Assembly: GCF_001186125.1 (NCBI RefSeq)
Contig: NW_014040531.1
Span: forward strand, 203,585-223,584
DNA length: 20,000 nt
Direction: 5' to 3'
Source: Sphaeroforma arctica JP610
Lineage: Eukaryota
Below are positions 1-10,488 of this stretch, in pieces. A program made the translations under genes and the position numbers. Numbering within the stretch: position 1 is the first letter of the stretch; every line of letters starts with the position of its first letter. The notes beneath the pieces are model-generated. The model was not told the DNA's origin. It did no database searches and was given only the letters and a program-made list of their open reading frames with translations.

Positions 1-331
1 GAGTGCCACGATCCTTAGCAGTAGGATATTCCAATATGTTTCGCACGCGATTTCAAGAAAAAGGAAAACTGTCTATTGCTCCCGACGACAGTTTTTCGGT
101 AGGCCTGCTAGTTCTATACCTTTAAGACGCCTTGTAAATCACCTCATTTCACTTGTATTTTCATCAAAATCATGATAATTTCTAAATCGGATCTGTTGCA
201 ATACTCAAGACCTAAATTATAATCATCAAAAATTCTAAATCTAAATAAAAAATTGGCCAGAAGAGAAATAAAAAAAGGCCAAAATATAGCCAATAAGAGT
301 CTTGGAATAATATTTCAAATTAGGAATTGAG

Positions 332-352
332 AAGTCGGAGAATCTCCGACTT
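332..352. repeat. 21-bp palindrome AAGTCGGAGA-A-TCTCCGACTT in the left flank
   Basis: Perfect 10-bp arms with a 1-nt centre. A sister palindrome lies at 9334-9354. Confidence 0.9.
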
Positions 353-417
353 AATTTATGACTCATCATCTCCTGACTTTGTACCGGTAGTGGGTCATGT
401 CAAAATAATTACTCCTA

Positions 418-437
418 GAGCGAGCCGTAAATGCCAA
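418..437 (+). repeat. Left terminal inverted repeat of copy 1
   Basis: GAGCGAGCCGTAAATGCCAA versus reverse complement of the right end, GAGCGAGCCGTAAATTCCAA (one mismatch). Confidence 0.88.
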
Positions 438-899
438 TAAAGCTCAAAAAATGGACAACATTCCCTGAACAGATCAGTTCCGATGTGATGCTGAACCTCC
501 GAAAATATTGGACTATTAGAGGAGATTTAGAAAATGCGGCGAATGGCACTGTATTCACTATGTATTTTTTCCATAAAACCAGGGCAACTTGGGCCCTCAT
601 ATGAGTATATCTTGCCGACTCTGAATACAGCCTATATTTGGAGTAATATTATTTTGGCGGTTCGATTTTGATCTAAATCTCTCACAAATAAATAAAAATC
701 ATATTTACTACACTCCTGTTTCCCTGACCCCGACGATCTTACGTGTGCACATAATATACACACACGCAACCACTTGAATTTCACTTGCCTTAATTACTAA
801 TACAACAGCATACAACATTGTAGCGAGCTACTCCACACTAGGTTATTGTTATGTAGGAAGAGGCATTAATAGTGTGACACGCACGAGATCAAAGACACC

Positions 900-3721
900 A
901 TGTCGAGTGAGTATGGATACTCAAGAGCTTGGACGGCGATCGCTTCAAGGAGGGAATCCTTCCAGGCGGCGAATATGACGGCGTTGACCTATAGAAGCTT
1001 GTCAAACGCAGCCCTTACAGGAAATATAGAAATCGTCGAGGAACACTGAAGTCATTGCGAGGTGCTCGGGATCGAATCCTTGGCTGTAAGTTCTGAATTG
1101 AGATGCTTGGATTCGGATAATCTAGACGTAAGGTTTCAAGGCATGCAGTTGGTACGATAGAAGGGTATGTTGATGTAATGAATTTTCGAAAATTAATTTT
1201 GTACAGTGATAATTGTATGCTCGGTCTTTTCACAGTGCCACAAATATGTGTGTTTCTACAAATTGAATTTGTGATCCATACTGCTTCGTAACTAACCAAT
1301 ATTCAATCAAACTTGGCACACTGTTACTGAACAAATATCACGAATATGTGTATGCTCATATATATATATAGCATCGATGTTAGTGTCACTGCTGTGCGTG
1401 CTCTTGTTACTAGGGATCAACGAACTTATCGCCTCTAAATCAATATTCATTTAGATTATAGCTACACACAGCAGATCTGTAAAGTGCGGATTATAAACTA
1501 CTCAGCTTGCACTAGTCACTGCTGCAAATATCTATCACTATGCTTAGTGTAGTCAGACACAACCCTGACAATTTATAGCCATATGTGCTATCTGATTTAA
1601 TTACCACAAGAGAACTTACAGCGTTGTGAAGATCTCTTCCGTCGATTTGATAAAACAAGATGTATTCGTGTACTCGTAGTCGACAATATTGTACAACAAG
1701 TCTTGTTATATTACGTGGTAATCTGACACTGATTTGTATCTTTCTGTGATTACTGCAGTAAAAAAAATACGTAATTGAATTATAAATTTCTTACAATATA
1801 CTAGAGTAGCATTTCACACGACACTGTATTGTACTTGTGTGTAATCGAAACGCACCTACTACATAAATACACACAACTTGCTGTATGCGACTTACATATT
1901 GTGAACTCTAATCGTTACAGTAATCCGCATAATAACTATAAACGTATCCTTATTCTACTATAAATATCTGCTCGCTGATGCCGTAGTGTGATGTGAATAT
2001 CTAAATTTCGCTCACTTACTTTAGAATGAATATGTAAAGTGAAATACTACTCATCACAATTGACACCGCGACACTGCACACACACGCACACTCTTTTGTC
2101 CCTTGCTATACAGACAAGATACATCCAGCTACAAATGTAATGATGTGCTTACAATACTTTCGCCTCTGTACGTATCGTTTTTTCAGGTGTGAGTTCAATG
2201 TTGTAAATATGTTTTTTTTTTGTCCGGCAAATACAGTGATACTATTTTAGTACAGTGGCATTTTTTACACATGTATATTTAAATTACTAAATTTTTGCAG
2301 ATTAAATATTGGTGATTTATGCATACGCTATGTAGTAGAGTAGTATGTGCCTGAACTGACTATCCGATGAGATACATGTATATAGCAAACTGTGGGTGCA
2401 CTCAGATTGTGTCTATTTATGTACTTCAGAGTTCTTCCTGTAATATGATATTGACCATCGCGATTTAGTAGAGTACACATGACTATAATACCCTTCTTTA
2501 TACTGGTGACTGTACAACATCGATACATTATCATCTGAGATGTATCTTGAAATTGAAGACACCACATAAACACACCTAGCTTGCTATCCGAGATTGTGGC
2601 CTATTATACTAAAGTTCGGTGTGCCACTTATTTGAGACACTACTGTCTGTCTACCGGATCATTTATAGTGCTTGACTTGTCTATCAGTAATGAAACACAA
2701 GTCTCCTCGGAAACTTAATATTGTTTCAAAATCATTACCACATACAAAAACACAGCCATATATGAGGGGTACTCTACAGCTCTATATGGCACATAATGGG
2801 ATAATGCGTATATATAAGCCTGTTTGTTTCATTCCTTACGCAATCAAGTATCTTCACCCATACATTATAATTCGATGCCCAAGGGAAACACCATTGCAAC
2901 ATTAGGTTCACAATTGTTTCTTTTTTTCCATATCCGACTAAAGATTAATGGTATTACTGTAAAATTAGGTGTGCCTGTGCACTTTACATGTCGAGTGGCC
3001 ATCTATACTGATCGGGATTTGTCCTCAGCGGGTAGGTCCGTATAGTGAAGACTATAAAGATGTTGTCACACACAATATCGCTATTTCTTCCTATCGATTA
3101 CATTACCAGCAATCAACACTGGCAACGAAGTCAAGAGACGTCTATCATCCATGTCAGAACGACCCGACACCAAGCCAATGCCTCTATTCCGCGGAGTTGA
3201 TACCAATGATGACCAAAGTGAGGACGAAGAGGAAAACCCTTCGCCATTCCACAACGATCTCGCGACACGACATATTGTGTTTTACAACCCCAAATCCCGC
3301 TGTCGAGATCTGGTGCTGCTCGTAATGGTCCCGTGGGGGATGACGATGGATAATTTCGAGCCATACAATTTAATGACGATGCCAATGAGGCCACTATCGA
3401 GTATGAGATGGATAGTGAATGGGCTAGTATGAGTAACCACCATCCTGCAAACGATAAGGACGGAGCCTGGCGCGATATATTTCAGGCTCATGTGTACGTG
3501 GACAATGAGATGACTCGGAGCTCTTCGGAAGTAGATGCACCTATATGGTGCTCAATGAGGATTGATCTCCCTTTCGCCGTATACACACGCCCGGAGCACT
3601 ACAAAACTCAGGAGATGAAAAAGGTGGTGTTGTTTATGCTGTTGCTTGGACTTTGATGGAAGCTGTAGTCATCGTGTCAACCAGCAACCGGGAGGAACGA
3701 CTCATGCTTTCGGTGACATGA
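900..3721 (+). pseudogene. Transposon accessory gene A (spliced, frameshifted): short N-terminal exon, acidic linker, putative HSP20/alpha-crystallin-like domain
   Basis: Exon ~900-1085 reads VWILKSLDGDRFKEGILPGGEYDGVDL*KLVKRSPYRKY...RILG (ATG 900 is out of frame, stop at 992-994) and ends at a GTAAGT donor (1086). That donor is phase-compatible with the pyrimidine-CAG acceptor at 3109. Exon 3110-3721 joins ORFs 3151-3432 and 3408-3656 through frameshifts at ~3372 and ~3620: ...NPKSRCRDLVLLVMVPWGMTMDNFEPYNLNDDANEATIEYEM...MRIDLPFAV...GGVVYAVAWTLMEA...SVT*. The link between the two exons is inferred and extra exons are possible. Confidence 0.62.
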
Positions 3722-4634
3722 AACATACTCTGCTTCCTCTCTAGCGCAGATGTAAGCGAGTAGGAGTTTGGTATAATAAACCAAGTCGCAACGGGTGTTT
3801 GGGTTCTCGCCTTTGCTGATAGATATTCATGTATTGGAGATGTATTTTGTTTAGACTCTGCGTTGCTTAGTAGGCGTGACATTTTGATGTGCGTGTCGAT
3901 ATAAATACAGTGCTGATTTGTAACCACATAAACGTAGAGGTATCGAGATATCATAAATACATACGTCATTCAAAGGCACTACATATGGCAAACCTTGCCG
4001 TGCTAACCGAAGTACTCTGACACAAATTGAGCTCTCCGCGCAACACTAAGGTATGTTTTTTTATACTTTTATATGAAAATCAAGCTGTGAATGTTATCAA
4101 AGTCACAGGAAATCACCCTTTGAACATGTACACTTTCAATTGTTGTCGCGTTCCCTATATAAATATATGCTGGTATATCATAGTGTTTGAGGTTTCAATC
4201 TTTGCGGCGAATGAATATGTATACACCTAGACTGACAGCCATATGTTTGAACGTGCAGTTCGTAGTGCACATATAACTAAGTGTGCATAGTGTGTTGGAG
4301 AGCTTATCTAGTATTATGCATACTGAAATCGCATGCACGCTCCATCGGCTATGCATCTCTAGTAGCTGAACCTTGCATGTCAATACCTATCACGTATACC
4401 AGCTACGGGCTGAATAAATATGTCTCTGTGTACAAGTATTGCCGATGTGTGCTGCTACAGATAGTGAATATCCCAACCAAACATGAAGCGGCGCCGTCGT
4501 GTACACTATAATGCATCACGTTCTGTTTCCAGTTTTGGGCTGGGCTGTGCGCGCGTGACCATATGGATTTATTGCTTGGCATATATCAATCAATTCTGGC
4601 ATATGGGTGTGAAATGTGCCATAATTATTCTCAG

Positions 4635-4751
4635 TGTGCACTAGTCGTGCTTCGGTTGTGGCTTTCTTGTCCATAAAGCTCCAGTCGTGCGTACTTGCGA
4701 GACGCGCCAAAACACGCCAAAACGCGTCAAAACGCGCCAAAGCGTGCCCTG
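4635..4751 (+). pseudogene. Possible decayed exon with a CCHC zinc-knuckle-like motif and basic tail
   Basis: Bounded by TTCTCAG and GTAAGG. Reads CFGCGFLVHKA then, after removing one base at ~4681, QSCVLARRAKTRQNASKRAKACP, giving C-X2-C-X4-H-X4-C spacing. Needs a frameshift and has an in-frame stop just upstream. Confidence 0.3.
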
Positions 4752-5912
4752 GTAAGGTATTTGTTTCAGTGTTTTATCAGCAAAATATACAATTCCACTG
4801 TAAAACCCACCGTATACCCCAACTAGACATCCTACACGACAATACTGTTGGAGGAAAGCGTCGAATTTCCGGTTGGACTTTTTATTAATAAGGTGTTGTG
4901 TCTAATAGATCGCACCTACAGCACCTATATCAACTGGGGCTCCGATAACATCGGTAAATAAACTCTAAAGGATACCCTCACGGTGGGGTTTCGATTCTAT
5001 TGCTCTCCGCACTCGGCAAAATGACTATACATATGGCAACTAAAGGTCACAATGGTGTGTGCGTGCTTGTATATAGCCCATGTGTATTCTCTGACAGTAT
5101 TCATTGTAGTTGTTACCACTTTAGATGTTGCTTCCTTGTTCTGACTTAAGTAGAATCGTTTATGCACGTCTTGTTATTCCCTACTGTAATGCCGTTGGAT
5201 ACATAAGTCATACGTATACGTGCACCATTGCGACTACGGTGTGTATTTGCTCACATTCGACAAGTCTTCATCAAACCGACTAGTGATTGGGAAGTATGAT
5301 ATAGAGCCCTGCCCTCCATTCACCTACCAGATTATCTCTTAAGGGTTACATTGTGTATAGGCTAGCGATGTGCGTACACATGGGGCCATGATGGATAATA
5401 ATCTCTTCGTTGAAGTTTAGATAGTATGATATTTTTTGTATGACGTGAGCTGGTATTGCATATACTTATTTATTGAGTTTATGTATACTATCGTATTGTG
5501 TGCTTATGAAATAGTATGAATGTTGTCCTGTTAGATATGGCGCTAGAATATATGATGAGCTTATATGGTGTAGCTTACAGTTGTGTACAGCTGTGCGGTT
5601 CTATGTAGATCAGCCTACAGTTAGAGGGGAGCACTACATCGACAATCTGTATATCGTTCTCTACAGTTTTGTATAGTATGTAGTAGCACGTATTCAATAC
5701 GGCGTACCTTAATGATGAGAACATGTGCACACACACGTGATTTATTGAAATCCATATTTCTGTGTTTATTGAAATTTATAGTCGAATAGTTACCTAGCTG
5801 TATGTATACATTATGCATAATCACGATATAGTCGTCTGTATCCTTTATATAATGTGTTGTATCTATACATGATGCCCCTACTCTGTACAGAGCTGGGTGC
5901 GCACTCATAACA

Positions 5913-6953
5913 TCAGTGTTGCCGGGTGAGAGTTGATGTAAGCCTGTCGGCCTGGTCGACCTTCTCCACTGCGTCTTCTGTGAATGTGATAACCAGGCCG
6001 ATTTCCTCTTTCTTTGGATTCAGAAGTATTTGTATGTCCATACATTTTGGTAAAGAAATAACTTTGAATGGTAAATGTACACTCATTGTAGCTCGCACGG
6101 ACTCGCGCCCCCCCCCCCCAAAAATTCCTGTCGTAGTTTTGCATTCACGAGTGTGAGCTGTACCTTAAACGCAGCTCTCACCTCTTTTCTTGGTGTATCG
6201 TCCTGCGTTACGTAAACGTGCAGCTCTATGAATGCAGTGGGAATCTTGTGTGTGAAGCTAAATGAAGTGGCTCTGCGACTATACTCCAGAGGGCTGAAAT
6301 CAGCAAGTGTCTGCGTAGCCATAAATTGAATGCGCACTGCTACCATTCTATACTTCGTAGTCGGAGTGTGGTTTCCACCAGTCTATAATTTAGAGAAAGC
6401 TCTGTATTTCTGAGGAATGTGCGCACAAACTCGCGCGCTTTGGCCTCTTGTTTGCCCGATATAATCTTTACACCGTTGACACTGGTTGCTGCCATTTTAG
6501 TGCGCACTGGTTGTTGTATGTCCTTGAATTGTCGTGTTGTGGCTGGACTTTCTTCTTCCTGAAACGGCGCACCCTCATCGTCGTCAATATCCTCTTCCGA
6601 AGGGGGCTCACGGTTTTCTGCAAAAAAAATTCTTGGCCCGTTCTCGAAAAGCAACCTGCCTCTGACCGAGTGGGCTGTCGCTTAGAAGACTTCCGTGTCA
6701 TGGTCCTAAAACTAGTGCAATCAATAATCACAACAACAAATCAGTATACGTGTACACACAACCCTTAGTAATCATTAGGTTTGTGTGATCTTACAGCATT
6801 ATTGCACGTATACGATGGTTGTAGAATTTGCAATTAGTACTAACATAACTCGATGAAGGATACACACCCGAATGCTGATGACCAGGGATCGTTTGAACTG
6901 GATACGGATCCAGTAACTTGCGCGAGTGCGTTTGTAAGATGTTCCGTACGCAA
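5913..6953 (-). pseudogene. Transposon accessory gene B, copy 1 (paralog of gene A; spliced, frameshifted)
   Basis: Exon 6953-6868 (LRTEHLTNALAQVTGSVSSSNDPWSSAFG), GT..AG intron 6867-6712 in phase, main exon 6711-5913 stitched from ORFs 6468-6731, 6340-6654, 6083-6346 and 5913-6098. Frameshifts lie at different positions from those in copy 2. A further upstream exon (to ~7200) is likely but unresolved. Confidence 0.75.
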
Positions 6954-7214
6954 CTGTTTAAAGGTGAATATTGTTGAAGGTTATGAAGCTCTGAACGCCC
7001 TGAACTTAGGAAAAGTCAAGTGGCCACTAAAATCAATACAATACTGACTTATGATTACTAGGAGATTGAGACGCGGTAATTCGTACCAATGAAATTTGAG
7101 AGAACATCAGTTGCGACTTGCGTGTCATCGGTTTAATTTGAAATTTGTATCAATGGATTCAAATCCTCAGACCAGACCTCTCTTCATAAATTCCCCAACT
7201 GCGTACCCCTAAAC

Positions 7215-7221
7215 TATAAAT
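7215..7221 (+). promoter_or_regulatory. TATA-like box (TATAAAT) in the divergent interval between gene B and the transposase
   Basis: TATAAATAC is conserved in copy 2 (13682-13690) and lies ~165 bp upstream of the transposase ATG. Motif and position only. Confidence 0.3.
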
Positions 7222-7380
7222 ACTACAAATTCAGACAGTTTTGTACGCGCTGCAACACATTTTACCTCAGAGCAAGCATAGGCTTATGATACAGGACTAC
7301 GTTTTCAATACATACGATATACACAGAATTGTGCATACTTTGTGACTCTCACCTACATTGTCTGGATCTCTATTTGAATT

Positions 7381-8746
7381 ATGACATCTGTGACCACTAT
7401 TAAATAAACAGCTCTCCGCTACATGAATTGTAGACGTGTAAATGATCATCTATTTGGTAGAAAGTTCAAGGCAATGTTTGGCGCCTCAGCACTGGTAGTC
7501 ACGATCATTTACGATAAGCTGACAACGCTACTTCACACCCGTGCTACACCAACATATCTGTTAATGGGTATGCACTTCTTAGCATGCTACCCAAAGGATG
7601 ATGTCGGGGCATCAACATTCAGAGTCGCCACAAAGACATATAATAAATGGCATTCGTACGTCGTCGAGCAGATAGACAGACTGACCGGGATCGTATGTTA
7701 GCGTGTGTTTAAAACTTTAGTATGTGTTTATTATGTGTGATATCACCAGTCAATCAGTATAATGCAATAAATGTTGTCTCCACTGATCTGGCTACAAACT
7801 GACACTACATGAGACGTGTTTCGCGATAGATTTTGGCAGAAAATCATACTCATGTTTCATGATACTATAGATTACCAATTGGTGCATGTTGACATGGCAG
7901 TGTGTGTGTTCAAACTTATTTGTTTGCATGCGGGATGTCGGGATGTCAAATTTGGGATTGTCTTGCATAAAGTTCTAAGTCGAGCTGGGAGAATATTGAT
8001 ACGCTTATCTGCGAATTGTGAATTACAAACAAATTTTGATGAGATTTGAACTCTACATGTAATAAGTGGTGTATCCTACATCAACTATATTGGCTTAGCA
8101 TTTGTGGAAATTTAAACCGCTGGTGTATTGCATAGCTCACAGCATACAAAACCTTCGTGTGCACATTCTGCAGTGAATTATTGCAACCAACACTTGAACC
8201 CTTTGCAACACATATCTCACACAGGTAGTATGCGAAGATCGAAAGTTGTTGTTGGATCCCGATGATATGTCAAATAAGTTTGTTACGGTGGACGGAATTA
8301 ATTGCAATGTTCCTGAAGCCCATCCTTTTCGAGCCTCATTGATGTCTCACAAAACGAGACACGTCGCTTATACATACGAATTAATAATTTGAATCAGAGC
8401 TGGGGATATTTGCCTCGTCAACAGGGGGTTTGTAGCCGGGACAGCTGACATCACTCTATCGCGAGATTGCCTAGTTTATATGCTTGACGAGGGAGAGAAA
8501 ATCGTTGCAGATAAGGGATACTTCCTCACGTCCTTAGAAGCTACAGTTGAGAACGCGGCAGCAAACGCAATGATGAAGCGCTGGCGTGCCCGACATGAAA
8601 CAGCTAACGGCAGAAAGCGTAGTTTCTATATTCTCAAAAACGCATTCCGCGCCTCCAGGTTGAAGCATTCAATATATTTTATGGCCGTTGCAATTATCGT
8701 GCAACTGTCTATTCGCAGCGGTCATCCTCTCTTTGATAAGCGTTGA
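7381..8746 (+). pseudogene. PIF/Harbinger-type (DDE_Tnp_4-like) transposase, copy 1, inactivated
   Basis: Exon 1 7381-7692 (GTATGT donor), exon 2 8225-8746 (CAG acceptor, phase 0). Motifs FVTVDGINC, SHK, YEL, IVADKGY, RWRARHETANGR. Premature stops at 7405-7407 and 8390-8392, plus an 18-nt deletion after ADKGY relative to copy 2. Confidence 0.9.
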
Positions 8747-9286
8747 TCTCGGACCACAGCGCAATCTGGACACAATTTCAAAGTCAGGCAATACTATGCA
8801 GTACTACACGAGCGGTGACACGCGTACATTGCTGTATTCTCGTATCCTGATTCATAAATATCATGCATACGTGTTATGCATGCTCTATTTTTCTATATTC
8901 AACTATATCATACGAGCAGACCCATGCATGTTGGTATCGCAGAGGCCCATGTGTGTTGGTATCGAAGAGATGCTCACAACACACACACAGCCTCCTTAAG
9001 GCCAAGAGCGGTTGATGAAAAACACATATAAATATCCTAGCCGAACATATAAAGGTATACTGCACCCATCCATTGATTGTGTATGACACACGTAATATCG
9101 ACTAAAAAGGTCTTGATCTGGTCTTGAAAATTTGATACTTGGTTTGAGTGTCACATTATCAATCTCGAGATTTGAAATGTGCCGGCAAACTACCAAAGTC
9201 AATGACAAACCCTTGGTTCGATTTGGGTGTAATTTGGTCCCAATACAATAACGATCAGAGGGCAGTTTTCATATATATTTTTTATT

Positions 9287-9306
9287 TTGGAATTTACGGC
9301 TCGCTC
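9287..9306 (-). repeat. Right terminal inverted repeat of copy 1
   Basis: TTGGAATTTACGGCTCGCTC, identical to 15785-15804. The two copies diverge 2 bp further on (CA|GGTAC vs CA|ACGAC). Confidence 0.9.
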
Positions 9307-9333
9307 CAGGTACAAATTATACTGAAAATACCT

Positions 9334-9354
9334 AACTCGGAGAATCTCCGAGTT
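9334..9354. repeat. 21-bp palindrome AACTCGGAGA-A-TCTCCGAGTT in the right flank
   Basis: Perfect 10-bp arms. Differs from 332-352 only by a compensatory G-C to C-G pair. Confidence 0.9.
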
Positions 9355-10098
9355 CGCAATGTGGACTGGTGATATAGGAAAATACGTATATAGTGGAATA
9401 GAATGTATTCAGTTTTCGTGCCAGTGGTCAAGACCCGTGAACGGTTTTATGTTGGATATCAACCGCAATATTATTGGTGGATTGAATATTCCCGGGAAAA
9501 AAATCATTAAAAAACAATATTGAAAATAATGCATATTTTAAAATAGAAAAAGAGTACATTTATTAGGTTCGTGGCTTACGGTTTGTAAACGCCCGAAACG
9601 GGTCGGGTTTGGGAATGAATAATACTAAAAACAGGCCTAAATAGAGTGGTTTCATTTTTAAATCGAGCCCATATATCGATATGGAATAAAAGAGTTAAAG
9701 ACTATTTTTTAAAGTGTAACAGCTTTAGTTTTTAGCTTTTTTTGCCAATTTGAGACCCAGAGTCCCAGTCTGGGACCAGACTCACCCAGCAAGTATACAA
9801 AAAGGCACCATACAGAAAATACGGTATGGTGCATTGGTACCAGCGTAAATCAATACTGTTTGTTATCAGTTGCCAGTTGTTGTCTATGAATTTAGATTTT
9901 AGACCGCCAACTGCTCCTCTGAAAACATGCTGTTTGAAAATCGTCCAAAAACCGGACGGACAATGGTTATTAGTATAGTTTTTTTTTTTCAACAAAAGGC
10001 TCAGATATTTTACCAATATTTCTATTTACATGTTTATGAACAAAATGAATCACCCCTCTGATTAAGCGCTTTCAGTCCCCGCGGCTTCCCAGTCGTGT

Positions 10099-10188
10099 TT
10101 TATCACTGAAAGCGTAAGCTTTTCTAAGTCCCTGTCAACTTTATCACTGAAATCGTAAGCTTTTCTAAGTCCCTGTCAACTTTATCAC
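10099..10188 (+). repeat. 41-bp tandem duplication (2.2 units)
   Basis: TTTATCACTGAAA(G/T)CGTAAGCTTTTCTAAGTCCCTGTCAAC at 10099-10139 and 10140-10180, then TTTATCAC. Confidence 0.92.
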
Positions 10189-10488
10189 CGATTTTTTGTC
10201 CGTCGCCAAAAAACGTCGGTGACGCTAAAATATCCGGCTGAACCTTATAAATCCGACTGAAAAAGGTCCGTGACGCTTTTTTTCCGGCTGGAATGGGTTT
10301 TGCCCATTTGAGACCCTATACAAAATAATAGATAGGCTCGAATAAGAATGTCTGAATATAACCAAGTAAATTACCCCTATATTTAAGAACTTTCTGTCCT
10401 CGCGGCGCCCTAATTATAGTTATACACCAACCTTGAATTTGCATTGCAGTCAGACATCACGAGATCAGACACGAGATCAGACATCACG

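Larger units (their letters stand above)
417..9307 (+). mobile_element. ~8.9-kb PIF/Harbinger-superfamily (IS5-like DDE) DNA transposon, copy 1, full length but decayed
   Basis: 418-437 GAGCGAGCCGTAAATGCCAA matches the reverse complement of 9287-9306 at 19/20 positions. Internal spliced DDE transposase at 7381-8746. ~5040-9308 is repeated at ~11466-15806 and the homology stops just beyond the right TIR. Exact ends are uncertain by 1 bp. Confidence 0.88.

Noticed and set aside
3980..5039. 12-bp direct repeat TACATATGGCAA (3980-3991, 5028-5039) as TSD of a nested 1-kb insertion
   Set aside because: Copy 2 lacks this 12-mer at the equivalent junction and the inner ends show only weak inverted similarity.
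6853..7047. Plus-strand 64-aa ORF MKDTHPNADD...
   Set aside because: Antisense to the gene B exon 6953-6868. Copy differences are mostly synonymous in the minus frame, and copy 2 has a stop in this plus frame.
7816..8049. ORF MFRDRFWQK... (and 14283-14501)
   Set aside because: Lies within the transposase intron, and a 13-nt indel between copies changes its frame.
417..9307. Fanzor/TnpB RNA-guided nuclease cargo
   Set aside because: No RuvC motifs or C-terminal CxxC...CxxC/RD signature were found in the frames I could read.
8688..9372. Short ORFs 3' of the transposase (also 15187-15910)
   Set aside because: Overlapping frames on both strands, no motifs, and ends that vary between copies; treated as 3' UTR/subterminal DNA.
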